Under the pieces are notes generated by a model that saw only the letters and a program-made list of their open reading frames with translations, searched no databases and was not told where the DNA came from. 64,000 nucleotides of DNA from Eledone cirrhosa (Eukaryota), in the NCBI GenBank assembly GCA_964016885.1, contig OZ024743.1, positions 274,102,001 through 274,166,000 of the forward strand. The letters run 5' to 3'. Position numbers and translations under genes: made by a program. Each line of letters opens with the position of its first letter. The stretch's first letter is position 1. Below, piece by piece: positions 1 to 13,879 of this stretch.

Positions 1-288
1 AAGATCAAAATGTTATCAGTGAGCCTTGCAATACAGATGCATTACTTATTACTAGCTCTGCACTATTTGGTTGGCGGGACTTGTGTGAAAGCACGTCGGG
101 TGATTGTACTCATAAAACAAAAGGGCAATCTTGGAACACACGCTATCAGGCTGAATCCCTCTAAGGATTATGTTAAATAAAATACGTATCTGAATATGCT
201 CAACCACTTCCAAGTTAATTTTATGAATATGTGTACCGTTGATCCAATAACTGAAACACTCATCGTAAAAACCGACAGTGGCCCATTC

Positions 289-402
<114 letters not shown>

Positions 403-500
403 ATTGAGGTTGGTAATGGCACATGGAATATATAAGAGACAGAATACTTTTTTGTGAAAAAACATAATTTTATAAGGTAAGGAAATAATAAAGGGTATAA

Positions 501-548
501 AAAATGACCGGTTTCGATGGGTCTGCAAAAGCCATCTTTTCAAATGTT
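501..548 (-). ncRNA. Minimal type I hammerhead ribozyme, U3-A8 core variant, in PLE pLTR
   Basis: Minus strand reads UUGAAAA-gaugg(cuuuugcagac)ccauc-GAAA-CCGGUC: 5-bp stem II, palindromic stem III, GUC site; stem I weak. Confidence 0.6.
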
Positions 549-779
549 GATTAATATTAAGAAAAATTAATAATACGAAGAGTTAAAATTTGAGACTTGA
601 AAATTCAAGTATAAAATTCATTGTGGGATTTCATAGCAGTTTTCATCTAGGTAGCAACAACAGGTTGACTGCTGTGTCCCTTTCTGGTAGTGAATGAGAA
701 GTTATTTGGGGTGTGGGTTATTTTATAAAGGTCAGATTTAGCAATAGCCAGCTGCTGGTCAGTGAGGGGGTGGAAGCAA

Positions 780-1445
<666 letters not shown>

Positions 1446-1666
1446 TTTTTTCCATAATATAAGAAGTTGGGGCAGTGAAATTAAAATAATTCTGTGTGCG
1501 CATATATATATAGATATACGTGTGTGCACGTGCAGGGTTTAACATGGATGTGTTGGTCACACAAAGGCATGGTCTGTCAATGAATAAACCTGATTCTACA
1601 GAATTGGTCTCTGGTCTTTAATAGTAGTGATTCCGTGCGTATGTGTGTTTATATTTTATGACAATT

Positions 1667-3001
1667 CTATTGGGGTGATAACCCGTTTAGTTTTGGTTTA
1701 AATTTGTTAAGGAATAGATTTTCTTTGTTTATTCTTTGTTGTTGTGTGAACGAATCTGAGCACTTGTAGAAGGGGAAGATTTTAAAGTTGGGTAGTGTCA
1801 TTCCTGCGCAGTTCGCAATATGGCTGCTCAAGGGGATTTTTCTTGTGTTAGCGTCCCGGATTTGTTGGCGGTGGATGGTCATTCTTTTGCGTAATGAGGT
1901 GCCCGTCTGTCCTATGTAGTTGTGTTTGCACCCACCGCAAGTTATTGCGTAAATCAAGTTCTCCGAGTTGCAGGTGAAATTGTTTTTTACTGTAAATGTT
2001 TGGCCATCTTTGAATGTAAATGTTTGTCCTTCAGTGAGGTAGAGGCACGTTCCACAGTTTGTTCTACCACATTTGGTAACTGTAGGGTTGAGGATTGGTT
2101 TGGGTATATTTGGTCCAGTGAGAATGCGTTTAAGTGATTTGGGTTGTCTTTTACTTTTAAGGATCTTGTGTGTTTCAAGAATAGACTTCATTTTTACATC
2201 TTTAAGTAGGATGGGGAGGTTTTTGTGTAGGTGATCAAACATTTCGGTATTTCTGGGGTTGAAAGTGGATACATATGGCAGGGTGTTGAGTGTGGTTTTC
2301 TGTTTTGGATTGTTAAGTTGATGGGGATTTAGGTGTTTTGCCCTGTCTATTCCATTGTTGATTATTTCAAGTGGAAAGGCTCTTAAGATAAGGGTGTCTT
2401 TTAGTTCCTTTAGTCTTTGCTCCCGTTTAGGTGGATCTGATACTATGGTACATATACGTTTGGCCAAATTGTAAGGAATGTTAAGTTTTGTATGTTTTGG
2501 GTGACTTGATGTGAAAAAGAGGTATTGCTTGGAATCTGTGGGTTTATAGAATATATCTGTATCTAATTTCCCGTCTATTACAGAGATGAGAATATCCAAG
2601 AAGGCTAATTCCTTAGGATTGGATTCCATTGTGAATTGTATGTTATTATCTATGTTGTTTATCATGTTTTTAAACGTAGTAAGTGAGTTCATGTCTTCTT
2701 GCCATAGGATAAAGCAGTCGTCTAGATATCTTTTCCAATTGGCTTTGAGGTGTGTGTGGAAAGAGTCTCCAAATAAGAGAAGGGACTGACTGTATATTTG
2801 TTGTTCATGGAATCCCATGACTAGGTTGGCATATGTGGGTGCTACTTTCGTGCCCATTGCCGTACCTGATACTTGTCTGTATGTTGAACCATTGAATGTG
2901 AAGTAGTTATTTTGTAGGATAAAGCGGAGTCCGTCAGTGATAAAATCTGTGTTGATGCGTGTCGGTATTTCTGATGGGTGTGTGTTAAGCCACAGACCCA
3001 T
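1667..3001 (-). CDS. PLE reverse transcriptase (C-terminal half) + Cys-rich linker + GIY-YIG endonuclease, 5'-truncated
   Basis: GTAMG..APTYANL, YLDD, FLD, DIFYKPT RT motifs; KCGRTNCGTC linker (Neptune-like); NLIYAITC..YIGQT..R..H GIY-YIG. The ATG comes from the inverted arm, so it is not the native start. Confidence 0.9.
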   Translation of the reverse strand: MGLWLNTHPSEIPTRINTDFITDGLRFILQNNYFTFNGSTYRQVSGTAMGTKVAPTYANLVMGFHEQQIYSQSLLLFGDSFHTHLKANWKRYLDDCFILWQEDMNSLTTFKNMINNIDNNIQFTMESNPKELAFLDILISVIDGKLDTDIFYKPTDSKQYLFFTSSHPKHTKLNIPYNLAKRICTIVSDPPKREQRLKELKDTLILRAFPLEIINNGIDRAKHLNPHQLNNPKQKTTLNTLPYVSTFNPRNTEMFDHLHKNLPILLKDVKMKSILETHKILKSKRQPKSLKRILTGPNIPKPILNPTVTKCGRTNCGTCLYLTEGQTFTFKDGQTFTVKNNFTCNSENLIYAITCGGCKHNYIGQTGTSLRKRMTIHRQQIRDANTRKIPLSSHIANCAGMTLPNFKIFPFYKCSDSFTQQQRINKENLFLNKFKPKLNGLSPQ

Positions 3002-3153
3002 CGAAACCGGTCATTTTTTATACCCTTTATTATTTCCTTACCTTATAAAATTATGTTTTTTCACAAAAAAGTATTCTGTCTCTTATATATTCCATGTGCC
3101 ATTACCAACCTCAATTTTCTCTATAACCTTCGTTTTGTGTAGAAAATTACACT

Positions 3154-3190
<37 letters not shown>

Positions 3191-3195
3191 TATAT

Positions 3196-3725
3196 AAGTA
3201 GTTCCACAACAGTTGGTTCACTATAACGAAAACAAATTTTTCACCTTATGCAGATCCTCAGCTCGGTCTGAATGAAGTTGTACGGAAAAGGAAAAGCAAC
3301 CGATTGAATATTCATGAGCAGAAACACAATCACTTCCCGTGGACGAGGTAAACCCACAATATATCTATGTAAGGGAGATAACTGTGGATGTCCGGAAGAA
3401 ATTATTCAAGTGATTCAGAATATTATAGATTGTTGATGTTAGTAAACCTTGAGCTTTGTAATTATGTAATAGGTGTGTTCAGACATGTGAAAAAAGACAA
3501 CGTGAAAAAAGTTCATTCCTTGAATTCAGGCAATCGTCTTTACGTAATCTTCGCAGGATATTGATCCGTTTCTGAATATTCAAACCGAGATGAGGATCCG
3601 CATAAGGTGAAACATTTGATATCGGTATGGTGAACTAACTGTCGTGGAAATACTTCTACCAAACTCGTCCCATGGACTGAGTACTCTACAGCTACGGATA
3701 TAACCGTCCAATGTGCTACTATCAT
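3196..3725. mobile_element. Old, diverged palindromic non-autonomous element with hammerhead-like arms
   Basis: 3196-3273 is an imperfect reverse complement of 3578-3655; left arm (minus) reads CUGAGGA-ucu-gcaua-agg-u-GAAA; right arm extends about 70 nt; TA flanks. Confidence 0.55.
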
Positions 3726-3818
3726 ATATACAGACACACATATATGTTTGTGATGTTCATATGTACACACACGATATTCCTTACATATACTGTACCGATT
3801 GTGTTGTTATTTCTGTTT

Positions 3819-3904
<86 letters not shown>

Positions 3905-4468
3905 AAGAGAGAGAGAGGGAGAGAGAGAGAGAGAGAGAGAGAGATCTGTTTCAATAATCCGTTCTGCTTGATTCAACTAGCTAGTCAACGAGCTATGTAT
4001 AATCAAGAATAAGCACTCCACCTCAAGGGTATCCATAAGGTATTACGTATCAGCTACCAGACGGAGTATCAATGGTAAGAAGAACGAAAGGTTTTATATA
4101 TTACACCTCAGGTTATTGCCTAACCGCACACCAGTTATCTACATTTCTAACGCATTAACATGTAATTGTGGGATATTTTTATAATGCGTTGTCGTGAGAT
4201 TGGTGCAGAAAATGTAAACAATTTTTTTATTTTGTGTTTTGTTTTTGATATACGGCAGTCGAAAGCAGGCGGCTGCTGTAACCCCATTGAAGAAAACTTC
4301 TTTCAATAGTGGGCATATTTAAAACCAAATGCAGTTTTTCACAGCTCTTTGACAATAAAGTACTAAATCACTATTCCATAATTACATTTAATTTTTAAAA
4401 GTCTACAAACGTGTGATGTAAAACAATAGACTAAAGTTGAATATGTAAAACCATCTCTCTTCTTTCTC

Positions 4469-4549
<81 letters not shown>

Positions 4550-4575
4550 CATACATATCTATATATATATATATA

Positions 4576-4981
4576 TTAGTAGAAGGAAAAGAAAATGCTG
4601 ACAAATTGTTCCCAGTGAAAAATAGTTTAATTAGGAATAAGTAAAAATTAGTAATAATTATTGGTTAGTATTCAGTTTTAGTTTTAAGTTTTTACTAGTT
4701 GTGCATTTCTAATGCTTTTCAAAAAATAATTTTGAGATAGAGCGCCCGTGATGTTTGCTCTAATCAGATTAGAACAAACATCAAGGGCGCTCTATCTCAA
4801 AATTATTTTTGAAAAGCATTAGAGATGCGCAATCGGTAAAAACTTAAAACTAAAACTGAATACTTATTACTAATTTTAGCTTATTCCTAATTAAACTATT
4901 TTTCACTGGGAACAATTTGTCAGCATTTTCTTTTCCTTTTACTAATATACCACAACTCGTGTGTTACACCTCTATTCTTTT
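4576..4981. mobile_element. ORF-less palindrome of PLE family C pLTR ends
   Basis: About 185-bp arms centred near 4766; same sequence as the termini of the PLE at 48358-52643; right arm has about 35 nt extra; TA flanks. Confidence 0.85.
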
Positions 4982-5091
4982 ATATATATATATATATAGT
5001 GTGTGTGTATGTGTGTATGTGAGTGTGTGTCAGGTAATTCTGAAGGAAAAGCAGAGGAAAAAAGAGGGCTCTATGTATAGAACAGAATTAT

Positions 5092-5297
5092 TTAATTAGA
5101 AAGTGAACAACACAAAATATAATTACTCCATTACCAAAGGTTTCTGGATCGCAGACAATATTAATATACGTCTGGATCGGTCATCAGATAGAAATGTCAT
5201 GGATAAAAAATATATATCCAGACGTATAATAATATTGTCTGCGATCTAGAAACGTTTGGTAATAGAGTAGTTATATTTTGTTTTCACTTTCTAATTA
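5092..5297. mobile_element. Short palindromic element with hammerhead-like motif (long stem II)
   Basis: 5092-5177 is the reverse complement of 5217-5296; minus strand has CUGAUGA (5187-5181), hairpin gauccagac..gucugcgauc, then GAAAC; the right arm reads GAAACGUU. Confidence 0.6.
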
Positions 5298-5315
5298 TAT
5301 ATATATGTATATGTG

Positions 5316-5381
<66 letters not shown>

Positions 5382-6231
5382 TAACAGATTTGCTCTAGGG
5401 TTCTTATATATTTGATATATATTTATCCTTATGGAGCCCCATTTGGATTTTAGTCTTCAAATTTATTATTATTACTATATATATATATGTGTGTGTATGT
5501 ATATATTTATGTATGTATATATATGTATATATTTGTAGATGTATATATTTATAGATATGTATATATGTATATATAGATATGTAGATCTATATACATATAA
5601 GATGTTTCTCGACTACTTTTTCAAGATAGGATATTGATAAATTAAATCAAAGTCAGCAGAAGCTTTTTTGTGGGGTGGGGTTAAACCTTCGTTAATATCA
5701 GAGTTAATATTATCAAGAAATTCTAATATCGTTATATTTTCTTCCCCCTTCGGTGATTACATAACTTTTGTGTTTTATCTATATACTTTCTGGTTATCTC
5801 CATGCATTTTCTTCTCGTATGAAGCCATCTCATAATGTTTTGTTCATTTTTCGCCACTATTTTTTCTATTTCACATCCAATCGCCTAGTGCTATTCTAAT
5901 ACTTTTTAACTACTTCTTATCTATCACTTGCCTTCACTTTATAATATTATCTATTCTCTCATTCAAAGTTTTTTTTCTGACCATATTTTTGTAGCTATTA
6001 TCTATATTTGTTATAGTTTCACTACTTTCTATTTACTGACAATAATAACTTCTCCAATTGTAAAATGATTTGATTATTATTATTATTATTAATAAAAATT
6101 GTTATTTTCATAATATTTCATATATAGCCAGCGATGTCAACATCGTGTTGCTTCTCACTGAACGAAATAGCATATACATATTTGAACGTCAGTATCTATA
6201 AAGCAATATAAAACAATAAATAAATCACACA

Positions 6232-6280
<49 letters not shown>

Positions 6281-6282
<2 letters not shown>

Positions 6283-6788
6283 AACAAGTAAGACCCCGAC
6301 GGCTGAGCTTAAGCCGTTTCGACGGCTAATTCTGTACTGAATGAAAAATTGATTCTGGTATTTAAATAGCCGAACTTATCAAGTGGTAATTCCATATATG
6401 GTCAAAGAGATAATCACCAGGATTGGTCACATCACAAGTTAGTAGTAAATCTGTGATGGCAAGTTGGTGGGGGAAGGGGTAGCTAAACTTGCCAGTAGGA
6501 GAAAAAGGGAGGGGGCGTGGAGTAGACCCATTCATGCGTTGGTAGTGCCAGCTACAGCTGGGTGTGAGGTCAAAGAGGATACTGGGGAGGGGGAGGGGGA
6601 GGAGGTCGAAACGGTAAGTAGAACAATGAAAGGTAAAACTGTAAAAGGTACTGAGAAAGAAGAAAAAAAAAAAAAGCAAAATCTGGTTACTAAGACTTAA
6701 GTCTCTCGCTATTGCTAGCGAGGGTCCCTTTATTTCCGTCCCACCTAGTTTATTTCTATTATTATTATTATTTATTTTTTTATTCTAC

Positions 6789-6838
<50 letters not shown>

Positions 6839-7418
6839 TTAAATTTATTTATCTATTCTTTTATTCACTTATTTGTTTATTTATTTATTTATGTTGTTCT
6901 TCAGCCTCGCAATAGCGAGAGACTTAAGTCTTAGTAACCAGATTTTGCTTATTTTTTTTTCTCTCTCAGTACCTTTTACAGTTTTACCTTTCATTGTTCT
7001 ACTTACCGTTTCGACCTCCTCCCCCTCCCCCTCCCCAGTATCCTCTTTGACCTCACACCTAGCTGTAGCCGGCACTACCAACGCAGGAATGGGTCTACTC
7101 CACGCCCTCTCCCTTTTTCTCTTACTGGCAGGTTTAGCTACCCCTTCCCCCACCAACTTGCCATCACAGATTTACTACTAACTTGTGATGTGACCAATCC
7201 TGGTAATTATCTCTTTGACCATATATGGAATTAACCCTAGATAAGTTCGGCTATTTAAATACCAGAATTAATTTTTCATTCAGTACAGAATTAGCCGTCG
7301 AAACGGCTTTAGCTCAGCCGTCGGGGTCTTACTTGTTCCTATTACCCACTCTACTACCCTAAGTATTGAGTACTTTGGTGCGTTATGGTCCACCTAGTTC
7401 CTTACCATATTTCCTTCG

Positions 7419-7420
<2 letters not shown>
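6281..7420. mobile_element. ORF-less palindrome of PLE family B pLTR
   Basis: 6281-6718 is the reverse complement of about 6905-7341; matches the arms of 30185-32818; right arm extends about 79 nt; TA flanks. Confidence 0.85.
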
Positions 7421-7475
<55 letters not shown>

Positions 7476-7829
7476 CAGTGTGTGTTAGGTAATGACCGAC
7501 ATTTTAGTATACAGTGTAGAGCACTCGATGGAGTGCACAGGTGGGTCTGTTTACTCAGGAGTATATTCATAAACATGATTCTCAGGTTATAATTTCGTTT
7601 ATTCATGAATAAATAAAATTTGTCACCGCTTTAAAGGGATTTAGTTCCTAATAATCATACAAGAATGTTTAAAAACACATATAAGGAAATCATTGCATTA
7701 AATCGTTATAGTTGTTTTCTAAGGATTGAAACTATAAAGAGGAATTCACAATGTTCGTCACAAGTATGAAAGTACACTCTTGACAGTCATCGCCCCCATC
7801 TCTCTCTCGCCCACCCCATCTCTCTGTAT

Positions 7830-7950
7830 AGTGAGCAAAAGGGTCCCACATGCTGGCCGCCCCCAACCCCGGCAGACAGAATGGAGAAGCCGTTTCCCCG
7901 GAATGATGGTAAGGGAGATGAGCTGGAAGAGCCATTCCATCCCACGTTAT
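7830..7950 (-). mobile_element. 3' fragment of CRE-like non-LTR retrotransposon
   Basis: Minus-strand EWLFQLISLTII resembles EWLFQRVSLAVLRGNAFSIL at 22049-22870; DNA similar to 22065-22160. Confidence 0.6.
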
Positions 7951-7973
7951 AAAGTGTTGACTTGAACTTCATG

Positions 7974-8089
<116 letters not shown>

Positions 8090-8094
8090 CCCAC

Positions 8095-8432
8095 CCTTAT
8101 TTCTGCTGGAATCATCAGTTTCCAAATTCATGACTGAAGGCTTTCAAATTGTTTATTCATAAACAAACCGTATATCACTAGATATACAAAATACTCATAC
8201 GTATATGCATACAGTTATGTTAAAGTAAACAACTGAACTCTATTTTCAGGCCGAGAGCTTTATATGTAAATGTGGCTAATCAGCTCATGTACATAGGTGT
8301 CAAATCTCTTTATTTTCGCCTATATTGAGTTCCAGCAAGATAGCGTCATCCGTTTCCAAAATTTATAGCTGAAGGCTTACAATATATCTCTTCGTAAACA
8401 CCGTATATCGCTAGATATTCAAAATACTTACA
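8095..8432. repeat. Diverged direct repeat (two copies of about 100 bp, about 235 bp apart)
   Basis: gtttccaaa..ctgaaggctt..accgtatatc.ctagatat.caaaatact occurs at about 8118-8197 and 8352-8428. Confidence 0.6.
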
Positions 8433-9040
8433 CACAGACACACACACCCACATGTATATATATAAGCAAAGATATTCGTAAAGATATAGTAAGTCATTAA
8501 AATTTAATTCGCTGCCGAAATATTCGCATTGATCAATTCAATTTTCATAAGCAAATATCTCTCATATTTATAGGGAATCTGTTAAAAATTGTTGTATTCC
8601 GTATTTTATATAAGAAAATATTCCAACAGATTATATGTTTCTGTAAAAAAAAAAATCAACATATAATATTTTCACGTTGCATTAAACGTGTTTTCACTGA
8701 CGTAACGAATGAATTTGGATTGAGGATTAGTTTCGCCAAAATATACCATATGTTACATTTTTCACTATTCTCAAACGTAATAGTTTCATTACCATATTTC
8801 TAATGGAAGAAATACAGTGTGTTAAATTAATCTTCAGAGCACCGATTAAAATGATTTGTAGCATGTAGTTGTGGACACTCTAAGTTCAAATCCCGCCAAT
8901 GTCAGCTTTGCTTTTGGCCCTATCAATGTCGATATAATTAATTTCCAGTAGTGTAGGGTCGTTGATTTGACGTTCCCTACCACTCAATAAGAAACCATAA
9001 ATTGTAGCGCATCACCTATAATTTTCAATTTTGTTTTTAA

Positions 9041-9233
9041 ATAATTGTTTTTACTTTTGGCACAAGGCCAGCAATTATCCCAGTGTATTACTGGTACTTT
9101 ATTTTATCGACCCAGTAAGGATGAAAGGCAAAGTTAACCTCGGCGGGATTTGAATTCAGACCATAAAGGGCCGTAACTCATTGCCGCAAAGCATGGCGTC
9201 CGACCCTCTACCGATACTGCCAATCCACCGCCA
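9041..9233 (-). mobile_element. tRNA-derived SINE (main family, Meta-domain-like core)
   Basis: A-box-like tggcagtatcgg, B-box-like g(a/g)ttcaaatccc, core gcctttcatcct..gggtcgataaaataaagtaccag, (TTA)-type tail; more than 12 copies in the window. Confidence 0.8.
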
Positions 9234-10975
9234 TTTTGTGTTTAAATAATAAAGCTCATATCGATATTTGGAACTAACTTTCCGATTATTAAGCTGGTGG
9301 TTTCACCAAAACTTGAATATCTTTATTTAAAATTACGATGGAAAGTTTCTAAATTTAAATAATTTAAGTTAGAAAATATTGTATAAAAAAAAACAGAATC
9401 CGCTTCAGACTATTTAGTATTTAATGGGTTATGAATGTCATGTTTTGGTGAAACCCTGCACAATATTACTGGTGCTCATATATTTAATTCCACTTTCAAT
9501 AAAAGCCAATTCAAATTTTACTCCAGTAGCACCTGGCCCCGACTACTGAACTCACTGGAAGTTTATAGAGTAGGGTGATATACCGAATGTTTCCTCTTTT
9601 CCGATCTTTATATTATTTTATACTTTGATTCTAATCTGCTTCTGTACCAAATTAGCTAACGAGACACTTATGGCACTTTTAGACAACTAATGTTACCTGT
9701 TTTTCTATTAAGTCATTGTGATCTTTTAATCTCATATTTCTCAACACGGATTATTATTTGCTACTGAATATTGTTTTGTTTTTGTTTTTCTTTTAAGATG
9801 ACGAAAAACACCTTGTTCATATTCATAACTTTGCATGATTAATCGATGGTGTTTTCTGTTTTTCACTATTTGCTACTAGTGTTGTTATTGGAATTTTCCT
9901 GGTTGTTCAGTGTGCTTTAGTTTGCTTTTAGATTTTTGCTTGTTTTCCACACCTTAGCTTTCAATTTATTTTCGTCTGTGTAAGTTGGTGTGATGATTGT
10001 ATAAAATAACTAAATAGTGAGCTACTTGGAGAACATTATTAAAGACAGACAGTTGTCAGTGCGTTGTTGCTGTCTATCAACTGAATTGACAACTCTGATG
10101 TGTTCAGGGTTTAGCTAAGTTTCAAATCCGAAGACCTCTGTCGTTTCGAATTTTTTACTTTTATAACAATTCGTTTATCATTTCATTGTCAAAAAAATAG
10201 AAAGAATATTCGATCACGTTCGCATCATTGATGTTGCCGTAGTCTCTTTGGTTATTATTTATTTTTTATTGGTTGACATTTTGACACAATTACGACTATC
10301 CATTTAAGCTGCCGAAAACTTTATCTTCCAGATTACTCTTTTTAATTGTTTTTACTAATGCAGAGACACTTGCTCTGACAGCTACTTTACATGCTTGTCA
10401 GTAAACTTAAACGCCACTGACTATTTTATGCTCAACTAAAAACGAAAATCAGGCCTGATCTGATTGTCGAAAACTGGGAATACTTCTTTACACTAGTCAT
10501 TTGCTATTTGTGATTTCTATATCTGAGTAGGTTGTTATGAAGATAATTTCATGTTTGGAATGAAACTTCATGAAATACTATCAAATTCATATCAAAATCA
10601 GAAAGTCTGGTAGATAAAACTAATCTCTACTTAAAACCTTGCATAATGTCTTAGATATGGTTTCACTTATATACTTATATAGAACTGAGTCACACACACA
10701 TTTATATATATATATATGTGTGTGTGTGTGGGTGTGGGTGTGACAGGTTCTTAATTATTATTTTTTGTTTTAATGTCATTGTTAAATATAAATGCACATA
10801 TATAAACGACTCTCTAGCTTGAGCAGAATCTTCGAGGGAACCTTACGAGATGAGAGCCTATTACTCAAAGGTATAGCACCCACCGCCCAATCCCGTTGAA
10901 ACCAATTTCCTCAAGGTCACATTCAGTGATAAAACGTTATCGGCTCCACCATAAACGGGTATATATAGTTGTATG

Positions 10976-11030
<55 letters not shown>

Positions 11031-11302
11031 CGGTATGCCTACCAAGTGGGTAACCAGGGCTACACCAGTGTGCATATAATTAGGCACATTTTAATATGTA
11101 TGCATGTAAACATGCTAGAAATACGAATTACACTATGAACTGAAAACAATCGATTTTTTTACCTATTACTGGGAAATTCATATTTGTTCGCATGTTTACA
11201 TACCTAGATATTACAATTGTATATTTTTTGATACGCATTGTTGCTGTCTCAGTTACCCACTCGCTCTCCCTCTCTCTCTCTCTTTCTCACTCTCTCTCTT
11301 TA

Positions 11303-11346
<44 letters not shown>

Positions 11347-12072
11347 CAAAATATTATAATACCTCGATGTCTGCAACAACTGAGGTTGAATTCATTCATT
11401 TCATCTTCGTAGAGCAAACTTTTATTTTCCTCGTTCTCTTTCTAACATTTCGCGTACATCTGACTGATAACCTTCAAAAGTCAGCGTGCCTCTATATCTT
11501 AGAACGAATACCAACATTTCTTCTCCATGTAGAAAATATAATATAAGATATGTTAAAGAGATACGACTCTGGTGAAATTAGATAAGGTTACGTCAGCTGG
11601 CTAAGTCTTAATTTATCACCGATTGGCTAAACAGGCAATCTTTTGCGTCGCTTACCTAATATTTTGAACTTCAACCTCAGATATACTGAGTTGTGGTGTC
11701 AGAGAGCTAGACATTCAGTTAGAAAATGATAAATTGAAATATATAAATTGAAATGTGTATTGTATTCCTTTCAATAACATTTTTAAAGGGAATTAAGCTT
11801 AAGTCAAGCAGCAAAAGGACAGGCATGAAAAGAAAATACAAAAATATATGAAGTATACTTTTCAGAAAATTTCGCAAAACTATTGTATTCAGATTGAGGC
11901 TGATAATTACTTAACGAGTACATTTTTACATTTATATCGTAGGATAGGCAACACAATTAATTATCTTTATTCTTCTCACATTGCTTTTACCTAGTTTTGA
12001 TAAACTGATCATAATTGTAAAATACTGTGGACATTTATTCAAAGAATCATATTAAATTGTACATACTTACAT

Positions 12073-12175
12073 AGGCGTGTGGCTGAGTTGTTAGGAAAAT
12101 GGATTCACAATCTTGAGGTTGTGAGTTCGATTCCTGGACCGAGCGTTGCGTTATGTCACTTTATTTCACGTTGCT
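12073..12175 (+). mobile_element. Degenerate tRNA-derived SINE head (second family)
   Basis: tggctgagttgtt A box and gagttcgattcc B box; similar heads near 21840 and 23460. Confidence 0.5.
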
Positions 12176-12627
12176 GCTTCTTCCCGGAGTTGCGACCGAT
12201 AGATAGTACTAGCAACTGAAACGACCGACAAAAACATTGTTTACTCGGTCCGATTTGACGAAAGTCGATCGATCCTTCTTACATAATAGTAATTAGTAAT
12301 AAAGGGAAAAAACGGAAACAAGAAAAGATATATATAGAAAAGGTGGGGGCGCAAAATCTACAATCTTGGTTGGATGGCACATCACAGCTGCGCCATAGGG
12401 ACAAGATGGCGTAAGGCATACTACTGATAACAGTAAGAGACACCCACTATATCACCCATACCATACCCGGAGCTCCTTCCACAAGGCGGAAGAGGGGAAA
12501 CTGGAGGCGTTAGACTGGCATTCTTGATGGCAGCTGGCAAAAAAAGGAATGAGTCAGGCTGTACCTAAAAATATTTTCATATAATCATCAACGTGTTATT
12601 GAAGATAATAACGTACGCAGACCGCCG

Positions 12628-12681
<54 letters not shown>

Positions 12682-13056
12682 ATAAGAAGAATGAATACTG
12701 CGTGGTTGCACATGATAAAAATAGTCCTTCGTCAGTGATTTTCCAACCTTCATTGGTATTTCATCGCTTTAAAAGTCATATACCTCCGGTTGGTGCGAGC
12801 AATAGCTAAATAAAGTAATTGGGACAAGTAAATCGCGTAAAGCGGGCGAGACAAGTAAACAAACATGGAAGGATTGATAGAGAAAAAGAGAGAAAGCAAC
12901 TTTCTTCCAGAACACCAGGGATAGCACAAGTATCACATGACCTCTCCTCCATCATCACCACCACCAACAACAACAACAACAAAGCCACTGCCACCACCAT
13001 CACCAACACCTACTACCACCATATATCTCACCAGACTCAAACCTCCACCACCACCA

Positions 13057-13096
<40 letters not shown>

Positions 13097-13577
13097 CGCT
13101 AGTTATGTTTTTATCGCTGAGTTATGATGTATTTTGCCTTTTATCTACCTTTACTAAATTGGTAAATACATATGGTTTGATTTCTACAATAAAGTCATAA
13201 CTACCTGCAATACATTGTCTAACACCTGTCATATTGTAGCTAAAACCGTCACTTTTACCTTGAAGTGGCACCATTTATGGCAGTTGTTTAAGCTAAAGTG
13301 TATAAATCTAAATGCAACTGGCATTACGGAAATTGCTAGAAGCCATAGAAACTCTAAACATGTATGAGGTTTGATTTGACAACAATGACATTCCATAAAT
13401 TACACAAAGCGCAAAAAGCATTCCACACATACATACGCACACGCACACGTACCCATACGGACACGTGCCATCACGGCACAGGATATGTATATATTTGTGT
13501 GCGTGTGTGTGTGTGTGTATAGTTGCATGCAAATACGTATATATATATATATATATATATATACGTATATCTATCTA

Positions 13578-13609
<32 letters not shown>

Positions 13610-13790
13610 TACGTATATGCATCCATACGTATATTCATACAGACACACATAATTATATGAGTGTATGTATGTATGAATGTATATATATATATGTATGTGT
13701 GTTTGTGTATGCATACACACGCATATATATTTATACATATATATAGACGAGGGTAGAAAGGACACATTTTATTGATATACATAATCAACG

Positions 13791-13875
<85 letters not shown>

Positions 13876-13879
13876 TTTA

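Noticed and set aside
8095-8122. Minus-strand CUGAUGA..GAAA
   Set aside because: No stem II or stem I pairing found
9700-10400. Coding-like K/N/S-rich composition on the minus strand
   Set aside because: Frequent stops and no recognisable motif; could be a decayed ORF but cannot be supported
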